In this document: positions 10,917 through 19,815 of the stretch, piece after piece
Numbering within the stretch: the stretch's first letter is position 1
Layout of the letters: every line of letters starts with the position of its first letter
DNA from: a bacterium
GTDB taxonomy: Bacteria; Electryoneota; RPQS01
DNA length: 64,000 nucleotides
NCBI GenBank assembly: GCA_016702305.1
Contig: JADJEH010000001.1
Coordinates: forward strand, 508,368-572,367
Direction of reading: 5' to 3'
Notes under the pieces: generated by a model
What the model was told of the DNA's origin: nothing
Databases searched by the model: none
Seen by the model: the letters and a program-made list of their open reading frames with translations, nothing else
Made by a program: the position numbers and the translations under genes

Positions 10917-11102
10917 GTGATCGAGGAGTGCCTGCCCAACGCGACGTTTCGAGTCGTGCTGGAAAACGGACACAAAGTCCTCTGTCACATTTCAGGGAAA
11001 ATGCGCATGCATTTTATCAAAATCCTGCCCGGCGACAAAGTTACCGTGGAACTGTCGCCTTACGATTTGAACCGCGGCCGTATTACCTACCGCTACAAGT
11101 AA
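10917..11102 (+). CDS. infA: translation initiation factor IF-1; true start probably further 5' at a non-ATG codon
   Basis: [58 protein letters not shown] is the IF-1 S1 domain. In-frame upstream codons encode ..[14 protein letters not shown] with no ATG/GTG, so the 5' end is uncertain (about 10884-10917). Confidence 0.85.
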   Translation: MIEECLPNATFRVVLENGHKVLCHISGKMRMHFIKILPGDKVTVELSPYDLNRGRITYRYK

Positions 11103-11127
11103 ACCGACCAATCTCGGAACAACGACG

Positions 11128-11244
11128 ATGAAAGTCCGGACGTCCGTCAAAAAGATCTGCGAACACTGCAAGATCGTCCGCCGCCGCGGCAGAGTCTTCG
11201 TCGTGTGCGCTCGCACCAAAAAACACAAGCAGCGCCAGGGCTAA
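11128..11244 (+). CDS. rpmJ: 50S ribosomal protein L36 (zinc ribbon)
   Basis: 39-codon ORF below the track cutoff: [39 protein letters not shown]-x2-C..C-x4-H. Confidence 0.9.
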   Translation: MKVRTSVKKICEHCKIVRRRGRVFVVCARTKKHKQRQG

Positions 11245-11279
11245 CCCCCGCGCCGTAACCTCATCAGGCAAGCAGAAGC

Positions 11280-11651
11280 ATGGCACGTTTAGCCGGCGTA
11301 GATATTCCGCGCGACAAGCGCATCGAAATCGCCCTCACCTACATTTTCGGAATCGGTCGTCCCACCTCGCAGAAAATTCTCTCCGAGTGCAAGATTGACT
11401 GGAATAAGCGCACACACCAGCTCACCGACGATGAACTCGCCGCAATCCGCGCCGTCATCGCCGAAATGAAGCTCGAGGGACCGCTCCGTTCCGAAGTGCA
11501 GCTCAACATCAAGCGCCTGATGGACGTCGGCTGCTACCGCGGCATGCGCCATCGTAAGGGTCTGCCCGTTCGCGGTCAGAATACCAAGAACAACGCCCGC
11601 ACGCGCAAGGGCCGCAAGAAAAACTTGATGGTCAAGAAGAAGGGCAAGTAA
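11280..11651 (+). CDS. rpsM: 30S ribosomal protein S13
   Basis: [27 protein letters not shown] canonical S13. Confidence 0.96.
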   Translation: MARLAGVDIPRDKRIEIALTYIFGIGRPTSQKILSECKIDWNKRTHQLTDDELAAIRAVIAEMKLEGPLRSEVQLNIKRLMDVGCYRGMRHRKGLPVRGQNTKNNARTRKGRKKNLMVKKKGK

Positions 11652-11702
11652 TGAGTTTCCCCGACCGCGATCGTGCGGCGTTAGCTTACACGGAGTCATA
11701 CC

Positions 11703-12098
11703 TTGGCGACTAATACCAAGAGCAAAAAGGGCAAGCGCAAGAAAGAACGCGTCGAAGACACCGGCGTTGTGCACGTCAAGTCTTCGTTCAATAATACCCT
11801 GATCACCATCACCGACAACTACGGCAACACTATCTCGTGGGCGTCCGCCGGCAAAATGGGCTTGCGCGGTTCACGCAAGAACACACCGTTCGCCGCGCAG
11901 TTGGCCGCCGACAATGCCGCCAAGGCCGCCATGGCCCTCGGCTTGAAAAAAGTGTCCATTGAAGTGCGGGGACCCGGTGGCGGTCGTGACGGCGCCGTCC
12001 GCGCCATTGCGGCGTCCGGTCTTTCGATCAGCACCATCCGCGACGTGACGCCGCTGCCGCACAACGGCTGCCGCCCCGAAAAAGCGCGCCGCGTTTAA
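11703..12098 (+). CDS. rpsK: 30S ribosomal protein S11
   Basis: [38 protein letters not shown] is S11. Confidence 0.95.
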   Translation: MATNTKSKKGKRKKERVEDTGVVHVKSSFNNTLITITDNYGNTISWASAGKMGLRGSRKNTPFAAQLAADNAAKAAMALGLKKVSIEVRGPGGGRDGAVRAIAASGLSISTIRDVTPLPHNGCRPEKARRV

Positions 12099-12146
12099 GC
12101 TCTGTCTGTTTCGTTCATAATTCACTCAACATAGCTTCGTACATCT

Positions 12147-12776
12147 ATGGCAAGAAACCGCGGTCCCACAGACAAGATTTGCCGCCGAGTCGGCGTGCAG
12201 CTCTATCTTAAGGGCCAACGCGTGCGCAATGGCAAGTCGGCGTTCGACAAAAAGGGCTACCCGCCCGGTATGCATGGTCGTAACCGTCGCCCAAAAATCT
12301 CCGAATACGGACGCCAACTGCTCGAAAAGCAGAAGATCCGCGAATCGTACGGCCTGCTCGAACGGCAGTTCCATCGCTTCTTCACCGTGGCGCAGCGTCA
12401 AAAAGGCGTCACCGGTGAAAACCTGATGGGCATGCTCGAAAGCCGTCTCGATAACGTCGTCTACAGACTGGGCTTCGCTTCGACGCGCCGCCAGGCACGC
12501 CAGCTCGTTGTGCACTCGCACTTCACGGTCAACGGCAAGAAGGTCAATATTCCGTCCTACATCCTGAAGGCGAACGACCGCGTTCGCGTCCGGGACCGCT
12601 CGCGCAAGATGGAGGTGATTCACGCGGCCATGCAGCTCGCCGCGCACGGCAAAACGATGCCGAATCTGGATGTCGATCGCGCTAAAATGGAAGGCGTGTT
12701 CCTCGGACCGCCCGCGCGCAACGACATTCCGTTCGAGGCCAACGAACAGTTGGTTGTCGAACTCTACTCGCGTTAA
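12147..12776 (+). CDS. rpsD: 30S ribosomal protein S4
   Basis: MARNRGPTDKICRR.G..L.LKG.R, S4 and S4-RNA-binding domains, 209 aa. Confidence 0.95.
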   Translation: MARNRGPTDKICRRVGVQLYLKGQRVRNGKSAFDKKGYPPGMHGRNRRPKISEYGRQLLEKQKIRESYGLLERQFHRFFTVAQRQKGVTGENLMGMLESRLDNVVYRLGFASTRRQARQLVVHSHFTVNGKKVNIPSYILKANDRVRVRDRSRKMEVIHAAMQLAAHGKTMPNLDVDRAKMEGVFLGPPARNDIPFEANEQLVVELYSR

Positions 12777-12795
12777 TTTCACCTCGAGGAGACCC

Positions 12796-13788
12796 ATGAA
12801 CGGTTTGAACTTCCAAATGCCGGAAGCGGTGGAAATTGATGAATCAACCCATACCGATACCTATGGCAAATTCATCGTCCAACCCCTTGAACGCGGCTAT
12901 GGAGTTACCATTGGCAACAGCCTTCGTCGGGTTCTGATCTCCAGCTTACAGGGTGCGGCGATCGTCTCCATCAAAGTGGATGGCGTACTGCACGAATTCT
13001 CGACCATGTCCGGCGTATCCGAAGACGTGACTGAGATGATCCTGAATCTGAAGGGGGTGCGCTTCAAGCTCCTCAACAAAAAGCCGGACAAAATCTACGT
13101 CCAGCTTAAAGGACCGAAGGAATTCACAGCCCGAGACTTGCAGATCGGAAACAATGATTTCGAGATTCTGAATCCCGACCATCTGATTGCCACGCTGAAC
13201 AGCGACGCGGAACTGAAGATGGAATTGGCGATCAAAAAGGGCCGCGGCTACGTGCCCGCCGAAGAAAATCGTCCCGCAGACGCGCCTATCGGCACGATCC
13301 CGCTCGACGCGATCTATTCGCCGATCCGCAACGTTACCTACACCATCGAGAACACGCGCGTCGGACAGCGTACCGACTACGAAAAGCTGATTCTCGAAAT
13401 CTGGACCGACGGATCGGTCACGCCGGAAGACGCGCTGTCCAACGCCGGCCGCATCCTCCGCGACCACATCGCCCTCTTCATCAGCTTCGATATGAAGCCT
13501 GAAAAGGAAGATGAAGAGGACATTGACGAAGAAACTCTGCAAATTCGCAAACTGCTCCGCAAACCGGTCGAAGACCTGGAACTGTCGGTGCGCAGCGCGA
13601 ACTGTTTGAAGGAAGCCAAGATTCGCACGATTGCCGATCTTGTGCGCCGCGACGAAAACGAAATGCTGAAGTTCAAAAATTTCGGCCGCAAGTCGCTGGT
13701 CGAACTGAATGAAATCTTGAAGGCTAAGGCACTGCATTTCGGTATGGACGTTGACAAGTATCTTTCCCCGGAACTCGATAAGAAATGA
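12796..13788 (+). CDS. rpoA: DNA-directed RNA polymerase alpha subunit
   Basis: Start taken at internal MNGLNFQMPEAVEID (the upstream extension overlaps rpsD out of context); GYGVTIGNSLRRVLLSS.., C-terminal CTD LELSVRSANCLK. Confidence 0.94.
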   Translation: MNGLNFQMPEAVEIDESTHTDTYGKFIVQPLERGYGVTIGNSLRRVLISSLQGAAIVSIKVDGVLHEFSTMSGVSEDVTEMILNLKGVRFKLLNKKPDKIYVQLKGPKEFTARDLQIGNNDFEILNPDHLIATLNSDAELKMELAIKKGRGYVPAEENRPADAPIGTIPLDAIYSPIRNVTYTIENTRVGQRTDYEKLILEIWTDGSVTPEDALSNAGRILRDHIALFISFDMKPEKEDEEDIDEETLQIRKLLRKPVEDLELSVRSANCLKEAKIRTIADLVRRDENEMLKFKNFGRKSLVELNEILKAKALHFGMDVDKYLSPELDKK

Positions 13789-14249
13789 GACACCTTAATA
13801 AGGGACGGCAGCTTTCGCGCTCGTCCAGTCATAAGAAGGCGCTGCTTGGCAACCTCTCGCAGGAGCTGTTCGAGCACAAGCGCATCCAGACGACGCTGGG
13901 CAAGGCCAAAGAACTGCGCCCCTTCGCTGAAAAGCTGATTACCAAGGCCAAGGCTGGTTCGCTGGCAGCACGGCGCGATGTCGCCCGTTTCTGCTCGCGC
14001 AAATCCGCCATTGCCATGCTGTTTGACGATGTGGCTCAGAAGATGGCCGAGCGGCCCGGTGGTTACACGCGCATCATCAAACTCGGCTTGCGCCGCGGCG
14101 ATGCCGCTCCGATGGCGATTATCGAATTGGTCGGCTATGAAGGTGCCGTCGTGACCTCGGCGTCTCCGGCCGCCGATGAAAAGAAGGCCGCCAAGAAGAC
14201 CCCGGCCAAGAAGACTGCGGCCAAGAAGACCAAGAAGGCCGCCGCTTAA
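13785..14249 (+). CDS. rplQ: 50S ribosomal protein L17 with Ala/Lys-rich C-terminal tail
   Basis: MRHLNKGRQLSRSSSHKKALLGNL...L.EHKRI.TT..KAKELRP is L17; tail PAADEKKAAKKTPAKKTAAKKTKKAAA. Confidence 0.94.
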   Translation: MRHLNKGRQLSRSSSHKKALLGNLSQELFEHKRIQTTLGKAKELRPFAEKLITKAKAGSLAARRDVARFCSRKSAIAMLFDDVAQKMAERPGGYTRIIKLGLRRGDAAPMAIIELVGYEGAVVTSASPAADEKKAAKKTPAKKTAAKKTKKAAA

Positions 14250-14269
14250 GCCTCTCCTTCCGCTGAATT

Positions 14270-14306
14270 CAAGAGGCCGCTTGAGCAATCAGGCGGCTTC
14301 TTTGCG
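14270..14306 (+). terminator. rho-independent terminator of the ribosomal/alpha operon
   Basis: Hairpin AAGAGGCCGC-ttgagcaatcag-GCGGCTTCTTT followed by T-rich tract just after the rplQ stop. Confidence 0.6.
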
Positions 14307-14472
14307 TTGGTAAATTCCCCATTTCCCGCACAATGCGAGACTGACCCGGCGGCCAAACCCGAGTTTATTGCTGATTCGTGAGAGACCATTCAGCGGAAAT
14401 TCCTTGATAAATGGGAAACGCTATGGTAAATTGGTAGTAATGCCTGTGCTATTCCATACGGAGGGCCTACCG

Positions 14473-15831
14473 ATGCTGCGTTGTCTATTGATTTGTTCGC
14501 TACTGCTGGTAGCTGGGAATGCGTTCGCGGATTATCAGTACGTGATCTATAATTCGACGGGCATGACAACCTGTCCTCCGGAGAGCGCGCCCTTGCCACT
14601 TGACTGCATGGGCATGATCTACTGGGATCAGAACGAAAATGGACCGGACGCCGCCGACGCACCACCTCCGGTCGGTGCGTTGCCCGGCCAGTGCAACTTT
14701 AACACTTTCCCGTTGAACGGTGAAGCCGGCGGATTTCCACCGCACGCCTTTCTCACCGATCCGATGTTCATCTACCATGGTTCATTCCCAGTCCCTGTTT
14801 TCTACGTTGTCTTTGAGTGCGCGGGCGTGCGTTTGACCTCCCGTACTTTCACGGGCAATGGTGCAATCATGGATGTTCAGCTTGACGACGCATGGACCTG
14901 TGAGGCGATCGTGGACACCTGCCTGCATGCGGTTGAATTGTATCTGTGGGATATTCCGTCCCTGCCCGAAGACCATCGCCGTATTGTGTACACGGACTGC
15001 ATTTGGCTTTGCGCTGGTGTGCCGGTAACCATGCATGTCGCCGGGCTGGATGATTTGTGGGGCGTGCGCCATGCCTATGCGACGATTGCTGCCGGATGCG
15101 GCGGCGAGACCGCCTGTAATTCCAATGTCGTTTCCCCGGCGGCCAGCCCGCTGTGGGAAAACGGCCAGACGACAGTTGATTTTACTGAATTCTGGCAAGG
15201 CACTTCGTTTACATTGAATTCTCCCGTAGCCGGCTGGGCCTGCTTGTACGTGGATATCTTCCTGCCCGTCGAGCAAGGCAGCATTGATGCCGTGGCCGGT
15301 GACGGCCGCGTTACGTTGAACTGGAACACCCTTTCGGAAACGGGCGTGGACCGCTTTGAAGTGCTGCGCAAGACTGTGACTTCCGAATATGAAGTCATCG
15401 GATCAATTCCGGCGGAGAACAATGCCGCGGGTTCGCACTACTCGTTCTTAGATGAGCAAGCCATCAACGATGTAAGCTATGCGTACACGCTCTCGGTCGT
15501 CAACCTCGACGGCTCGCGGCAGGAGTGGGGAGTGGAAGTCAACGCGACGCCGCGCGCCAATATCGTCAGCCAGTTCGCGTTACATCAGAACTATCCCAAT
15601 CCGTTCAATCCCGAAACACAAATCGAGTTTGATCTGGCTGCCAGCGAACACGTCACGCTGACCGTGTTCAACACCAGCGGCCAGACGGTCACGGAGCTCG
15701 TCAACGGAACCCTCGAGACCGGTGCGCACACCGTCAACTTCAACGGATCAGTGCTGTCCGCCGGAGTCTATTTTTACAGACTTCAGGCCGGAAGTTTCAC
15801 GGAAACCAGAAAGATGCTGCTGCTGAAATAG
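14473..15831 (+). CDS. secreted Cys-rich protein with Fn3-like module and T9SS-type C-terminal sorting domain
   Basis: Start at MLRCLLICSLLLVAGNAFA (GGAGGG RBS, signal peptide); C-terminus ..NYPNPFNPETQIEFDLAASEHVTLTVFNTSGQTV...GVYFYRLQAGSFTETRKMLLLK matches the Por/T9SS CTD pattern. Confidence 0.75.
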   Translation: MLRCLLICSLLLVAGNAFADYQYVIYNSTGMTTCPPESAPLPLDCMGMIYWDQNENGPDAADAPPPVGALPGQCNFNTFPLNGEAGGFPPHAFLTDPMFIYHGSFPVPVFYVVFECAGVRLTSRTFTGNGAIMDVQLDDAWTCEAIVDTCLHAVELYLWDIPSLPEDHRRIVYTDCIWLCAGVPVTMHVAGLDDLWGVRHAYATIAAGCGGETACNSNVVSPAASPLWENGQTTVDFTEFWQGTSFTLNSPVAGWACLYVDIFLPVEQGSIDAVAGDGRVTLNWNTLSETGVDRFEVLRKTVTSEYEVIGSIPAENNAAGSHYSFLDEQAINDVSYAYTLSVVNLDGSRQEWGVEVNATPRANIVSQFALHQNYPNPFNPETQIEFDLAASEHVTLTVFNTSGQTVTELVNGTLETGAHTVNFNGSVLSAGVYFYRLQAGSFTETRKMLLLK

Positions 15832-15854
15832 CGCATTCATCGCTGTAATGAACA

Positions 15855-15884
15855 AAAGCCGCTCGAGCAATCGGGCGGCTTTTG
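15855..15884. terminator. bidirectional terminator between convergent genes
   Basis: AAAAGCCGC-tcgagcaatcgg-GCGGCTTTT hairpin with T/A runs on both strands; stem/loop sequence closely resembles the rplQ terminator. Confidence 0.6.
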
Positions 15885-15906
15885 TGTTACGGGAATCGAG
15901 TGGCGC

Positions 15907-17411
15907 TTACTTCAACATAATCATGCCAATCGTCTCTGCCTGTGTTGCGGTGACGAGATGGCAATAGTAGGCGCCGCTCGCAAGACCTGCGCCGTCGAAT
16001 CGCACCGTATGCTCACCTGCGGATTGAACGCCGTCGAGAAGTGTGGCAACCTGTCGTCCTAACGCGTCAAACACGGATAGCGTGACGTGCGCCGCGGACG
16101 GCAGTTCGTACGTGATCAATGTCGTAGCGTTAAACGGATTCGGGAAATTCTGGCTGAGCGCCCTATCCTCTATCATTGCGGCTGGACGCTGGCGCACTGT
16201 GTTCGGCGTCCGGCCGCGAAAGCAGCGTACGTCGGTGCCTGTGCCGCACACGATCATATGCCCGAATTGACCGATCGCCGGATTGCCGATATTTACATTG
16301 GGTATCTCTTCGTCCCAGAGAAACTGGAGATTAGCGTCAAACGACAAGAGCTTTCCCTGCGAAAATCCGCCGTTCGTCAGAAACACGACGCCCGCCGTGT
16401 CAATGGCCATGCGCGGCTGATAGAAGTCGGATTCGATGACTTGTGATGAATCCAGCGTTGCACCCGTGAGCGGATTGAGCCTGAGCACACGGAACTCACG
16501 CGAATAGCTGTAGACGCTGCCGTCAGGACCGATACCCAGTGTCCCGAACGGCACAAAACCAAGTGGAACGCGCCAAAGATCTTGAAAGGACGTGCCATTG
16601 TCCTGCAGCGCGACGAGCGAATCTGAAACCACGTTGTTCTGTGTGCGCGGCGCGTAGATTGTTCCGTTAGGACCAATTAGCAGGCTCAACTGTTGAATGA
16701 AACCGCCGCCGATACCGCGGCTGGAATAGAGTCTTGCACCGCTCGTCAGATCAAAGGCCGTCACCTTCGGGCCCTGCGGTGAGGCTTCCCATAGGTAGGC
16801 CCGCTCGCCAAACACCGCCGCTTCGCTGCCCCCTGAGGTGGGGCTGGTGCGGGCGCTGCGCCACACGCGCGATCCGTTCGTCGCGTCAACCCGCGGATCG
16901 CGCTGAAGCCGCCGACAATCAAATCACCGTTGTCCGCAAACGCCGGGCTTTCGGTCGAGCTGTCGTCGAGTGAATCTTCCGATTGCCAGAGAAACTCGCC
17001 CGTTTGTGCGTCGAGCGCATAGTAGTAAGAGTAGTTCGTATTCCCCGAGCGGCTGGCATAGACGCGCCCGTCGCGAATCGCCAGCACGCGGCTGCGCCAA
17101 TCCGTCGCCGGGAAATCCACTGGCAGTTCAGCCGTCCACAGCGTGTCGCCCGTTTCCAAATCGTGCGCGACCATCAGCGTCCCGTGCAGCGGATCCACGA
17201 TATTGAACGTGCGCGACATCACCGCAATATTGCCTTCAATCACCGCCGGCTGCGCGAACTGCGACGGCAGACTTTCATTCCATAAAATCTGACTGCCATC
17301 CGGCCCGAATTCGCTGGTCATGCCGTTACGCTGCGGATTGCCGCCCGTACCCGCATTCCAATCAGCAGCCCAAAGCAGAGCAGGGAAGAGGAGAAGAAGA
17401 AGGAGACGCAT
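15907..17411 (-). pseudogene. PQQ-like beta-propeller repeat protein with T9SS C-terminal domain, interrupted by a frameshift near 16880-16900
   Basis: Two overlapping minus-strand ORFs (16761..17546 and 15907..16866) read as one protein: signal peptide MRLLLLLLFPALLWA, WxxxxG propeller repeats, and a CTD ..NFPNPFNATTLITYELPSAAHVTLSVFDALGRQV..IGMIMLK. The frame changes once after ..DLIVGGFSA. Confidence 0.6.
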
Positions 17412-17849
17412 GGGAGAAATAGAAAATAGAAAATGGAAATAGGAAGGAGGAAACGTGTTACAAAAGAACCATGCCATCATCTCACATCTGAGGGGAACCC
17501 GCAGCGGTTGCCGCCGTGGGGAACTCAAACGAAACATTTCCCACAAAGTTCGTCCACGTCGGGTCCCAAACGAACCCGGATCTCCCCAACAACAAAACCG
17601 CGAACCCCACCCGCTTCAGAAGTCTGAATCCAGATAGAATTCGCGTTGACATGTTCGTGGACTCCAGGCGGGGCGGCAGGGTGGATCGGCTTGCGAGAAG
17701 GTAGCGACCGCCAACCGAATTGTCAAGCCGCTACCCCTTGACTTTTCCCCTCTGATGTCGTATCTTATCCCCTGAACAGACGTTCATCTCCGGCCTTCCC
17801 TTGCGCCGGATTTCTTTGACGGGTCATTTGAACAGATGTTTAGATAATC

Positions 17850-18104
17850 ATGAGTGATACCGAACTACTTGATCCCATAGAAGTTATCGCGCTGTTCCAG
17901 CACGGTAAGTTGACCCCGATCAAGTTCCGCTGGCGCGAACGGGTGTACCGGGTGTTCCGGGTCAATGGCACGTGGAAGCAAAAAGACGGTACCGCAATGT
18001 ACCACTTTTTCTCCGTCCACTGTGACGGGCCGGAGGTCTATGAACTCTCCTTCAACAACGAATCCCAGGCCTGGCGCATGGAGCGAATGCGACTCGGAGC
18101 GTGA
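17850..18104 (+). CDS. hypothetical 84-aa protein
   Basis: ORF with plausible promoter TTGACT-N17-TATCTT (~17737-17765); no recognisable motifs; directly upstream of dinB. Confidence 0.4.
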   Translation: MSDTELLDPIEVIALFQHGKLTPIKFRWRERVYRVFRVNGTWKQKDGTAMYHFFSVHCDGPEVYELSFNNESQAWRMERMRLGA

Positions 18105-18154
18105 GGGCGGAGGGGATGGGGGATGAATCAGTAGCCTTTCCGCCGTTTCCATTT

Positions 18155-18212
18155 TGAACTTTTCTATTTCCGTATTCTGACTTTTGACTTCTGATTTTTG
18201 ACTTCTGATTTC
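18155..18212 (+). repeat. short tandem pyrimidine-rich repeats (TGACTTCTGATTT x2 plus partial) in the dinB 5' leader
   Basis: ..ttctgacttttgacttctgatttttgacttctgatttcgtATG directly abutting the dinB start. Confidence 0.5.
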
Positions 18213-18214
18213 GT

Positions 18215-19465
18215 ATGAGCAAAACCCTCTTCCACCTCGACCTTGACCAATTCTTTGCGGCCGTTGAGATTCGCGACAATCCGAATCTGCGCGGCAAGCC
18301 ACTGCTTGTCGGCGGATCCCCCGGCGGGCGCGGTGTGGTCACGACGGCGTCCTACGAGGCGCGTAAATTCGGCGTGCGCTCAGGGATGCCCATGCACGAG
18401 GCGCTGCAGAAGTGTCCGCAGGCCGTCTGCGTGCGCTCAGATACCGGGCGCTACGTGGATGCGTCGCGCCGCGTGCGCGAGATTCTGGTGGACTATACGG
18501 ACCGCGTGGAATTTATCTCGATTGACGAGGCCGCGCTCGACGTGAGTGATGTGGTCTGGCAATGGCCCAGTGTCAAAGCGCTGGCCGATGAAATTCAAGA
18601 GCGCATCGAGCATGAGGTGGGTATTACCGCTTCCATTGGTGCGGCCGCCTCGCGCTGCGTCGCCAAGCTCGCCAGCGGCATGCACAAGCCGCGCGGCTTT
18701 ACCCACATTCCACCCTCGAAAATCGCCGAGATCATGGGACCCTTGCCCATAGAAGAAATGAACGGCATCGGCCCGGCCACGAGTCACGTCTTGCACGGGC
18801 TCGGCATTCGCACGCTGAATGACTTAGCAATTTACCCGACGGATATCTTGCGCAACAAGCTCGGCGTGCGCGGACCTGAATTGCAATTGCTCGCGCGCGG
18901 CGGCGGCAAGAATACCGTCTTGCGGGCCGAGGACCTGCCGCCCGAGAAATCCATGAGCCACGAGACGACGTTCCACGAGGACCAAACGTCCGGCGATGCC
19001 ATTCTGGGGCGGATGATGCTGTTGTGCGAGAAGGTAGCGCGCCGACTGCGCAATGCGCGGTTGACCGGGCGCGTAGTGACCGTCAAGGTGCGCTACAAGG
19101 GCTTCGAGACGCATCATCAGCAGCGAAAGCTCGCGCGCTTCGTGCATCTGGACACGGATATTTTCGTCGCGGCCAAGCTGATCTTCGAGCAGATCTACGA
19201 TCCAACGCGGCCCGTACGGTTAATTGGTGTGGACATTTCGGATTTGGTGCCGATGGGACGGGTGCTGCAGGAGGAGCTGTTCGCGCCGCGGCAGGACCGC
19301 GATGCGCTGACGCACGCCTGTGACGATATCAAGGAGCGCTTCGGCGCCAACCTGATCGGTTATGCGGGACACATGACCGGACCCAAGGATCGCTATCATT
19401 CGGCTCGGCGGGGCCGCGAGTTTGGTTCGATTTCCTTTCGCTATCCCGGCATGAACGGCCGATAG
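18215..19465 (+). CDS. dinB: DNA polymerase IV (Y-family translesion polymerase)
   Basis: LFHLDLDQFFAAVE, GKPLLVGG..GRGVV.TASYEARKFGV..GMP, LSIDEA are DinB catalytic motifs; 416 aa. Confidence 0.93.
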   Translation: MSKTLFHLDLDQFFAAVEIRDNPNLRGKPLLVGGSPGGRGVVTTASYEARKFGVRSGMPMHEALQKCPQAVCVRSDTGRYVDASRRVREILVDYTDRVEFISIDEAALDVSDVVWQWPSVKALADEIQERIEHEVGITASIGAAASRCVAKLASGMHKPRGFTHIPPSKIAEIMGPLPIEEMNGIGPATSHVLHGLGIRTLNDLAIYPTDILRNKLGVRGPELQLLARGGGKNTVLRAEDLPPEKSMSHETTFHEDQTSGDAILGRMMLLCEKVARRLRNARLTGRVVTVKVRYKGFETHHQQRKLARFVHLDTDIFVAAKLIFEQIYDPTRPVRLIGVDISDLVPMGRVLQEELFAPRQDRDALTHACDDIKERFGANLIGYAGHMTGPKDRYHSARRGREFGSISFRYPGMNGR

Positions 19466-19550
19466 CGGGGGAGAAGCTTTCGTTCGAGAACAGGATGAAA
19501 TGCGGCCTGGGTGTATTGCTTGGAGGTACTCCCGGGCCGCGACCAAATTC

Positions 19551-19584
19551 AAAACTCCCGGTGTGCGGCACCGGGAGTTTTTTG
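19551..19584 (+). terminator. rho-independent terminator after dinB
   Basis: AAAACTCCCGGTG-tgcgg-CACCGGGAGTTTTTTG. Confidence 0.7.
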
Positions 19585-19764
19585 TTCGAAAGCACACGGC
19601 ATACTCGGCGCAGTGCAACGGGCTTATGTAGCGGATGGCCATCTGCCCGCATTGGACCGAAGCCAGATAATACTCGTACGGTTCATTGCGCCAATTCAAC
19701 GAAATCTATTTTAAGATAATATTAATCAACATATTATAAAACATATCTTTCGCGCTCGCAATTC

Positions 19765-19793
19765 TTGACCAGTGGTCAGTTCGGCCTTATATT
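19765..19793 (+). promoter_or_regulatory. near-consensus sigma-70 promoter (TTGACC-N17-TATATT) preceded by an AT-rich UP-like tract
   Basis: ttgaccagtggtcagttcggccttatatt 23 nt upstream of the 19816 start; 19690-19760 is unusually AT-rich for this genome. Confidence 0.6.
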
Positions 19794-19815
19794 ATAGGAT
19801 AAATAATTCTGGGAA

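Noticed and set aside
12670-12795. Upstream extension of the rpoA ORF (starting inside rpsD)
   Set aside because: The extension overlaps the rpsD 3' end in another frame and lacks alpha-subunit N-terminal conservation. The internal MNGLNFQMPEAVEID start fits rpoA and leaves a normal 20-nt intergenic gap.
18155-18212. Possible CRISPR-like repeat array
   Set aside because: Units are only ~13 nt, contiguous, without spacers, and no cas genes are nearby. Interpreted as a simple tandem repeat in a 5' leader.
19466-19530. Possible LexA/SOS box near dinB (e.g. tcgttcgagaaca)
   Set aside because: Lies downstream of dinB, not upstream. It is not a palindrome of the GAAC-N4-GTTC or CTGT-N8-ACAG types. 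No convincing box in the actual dinB upstream region.
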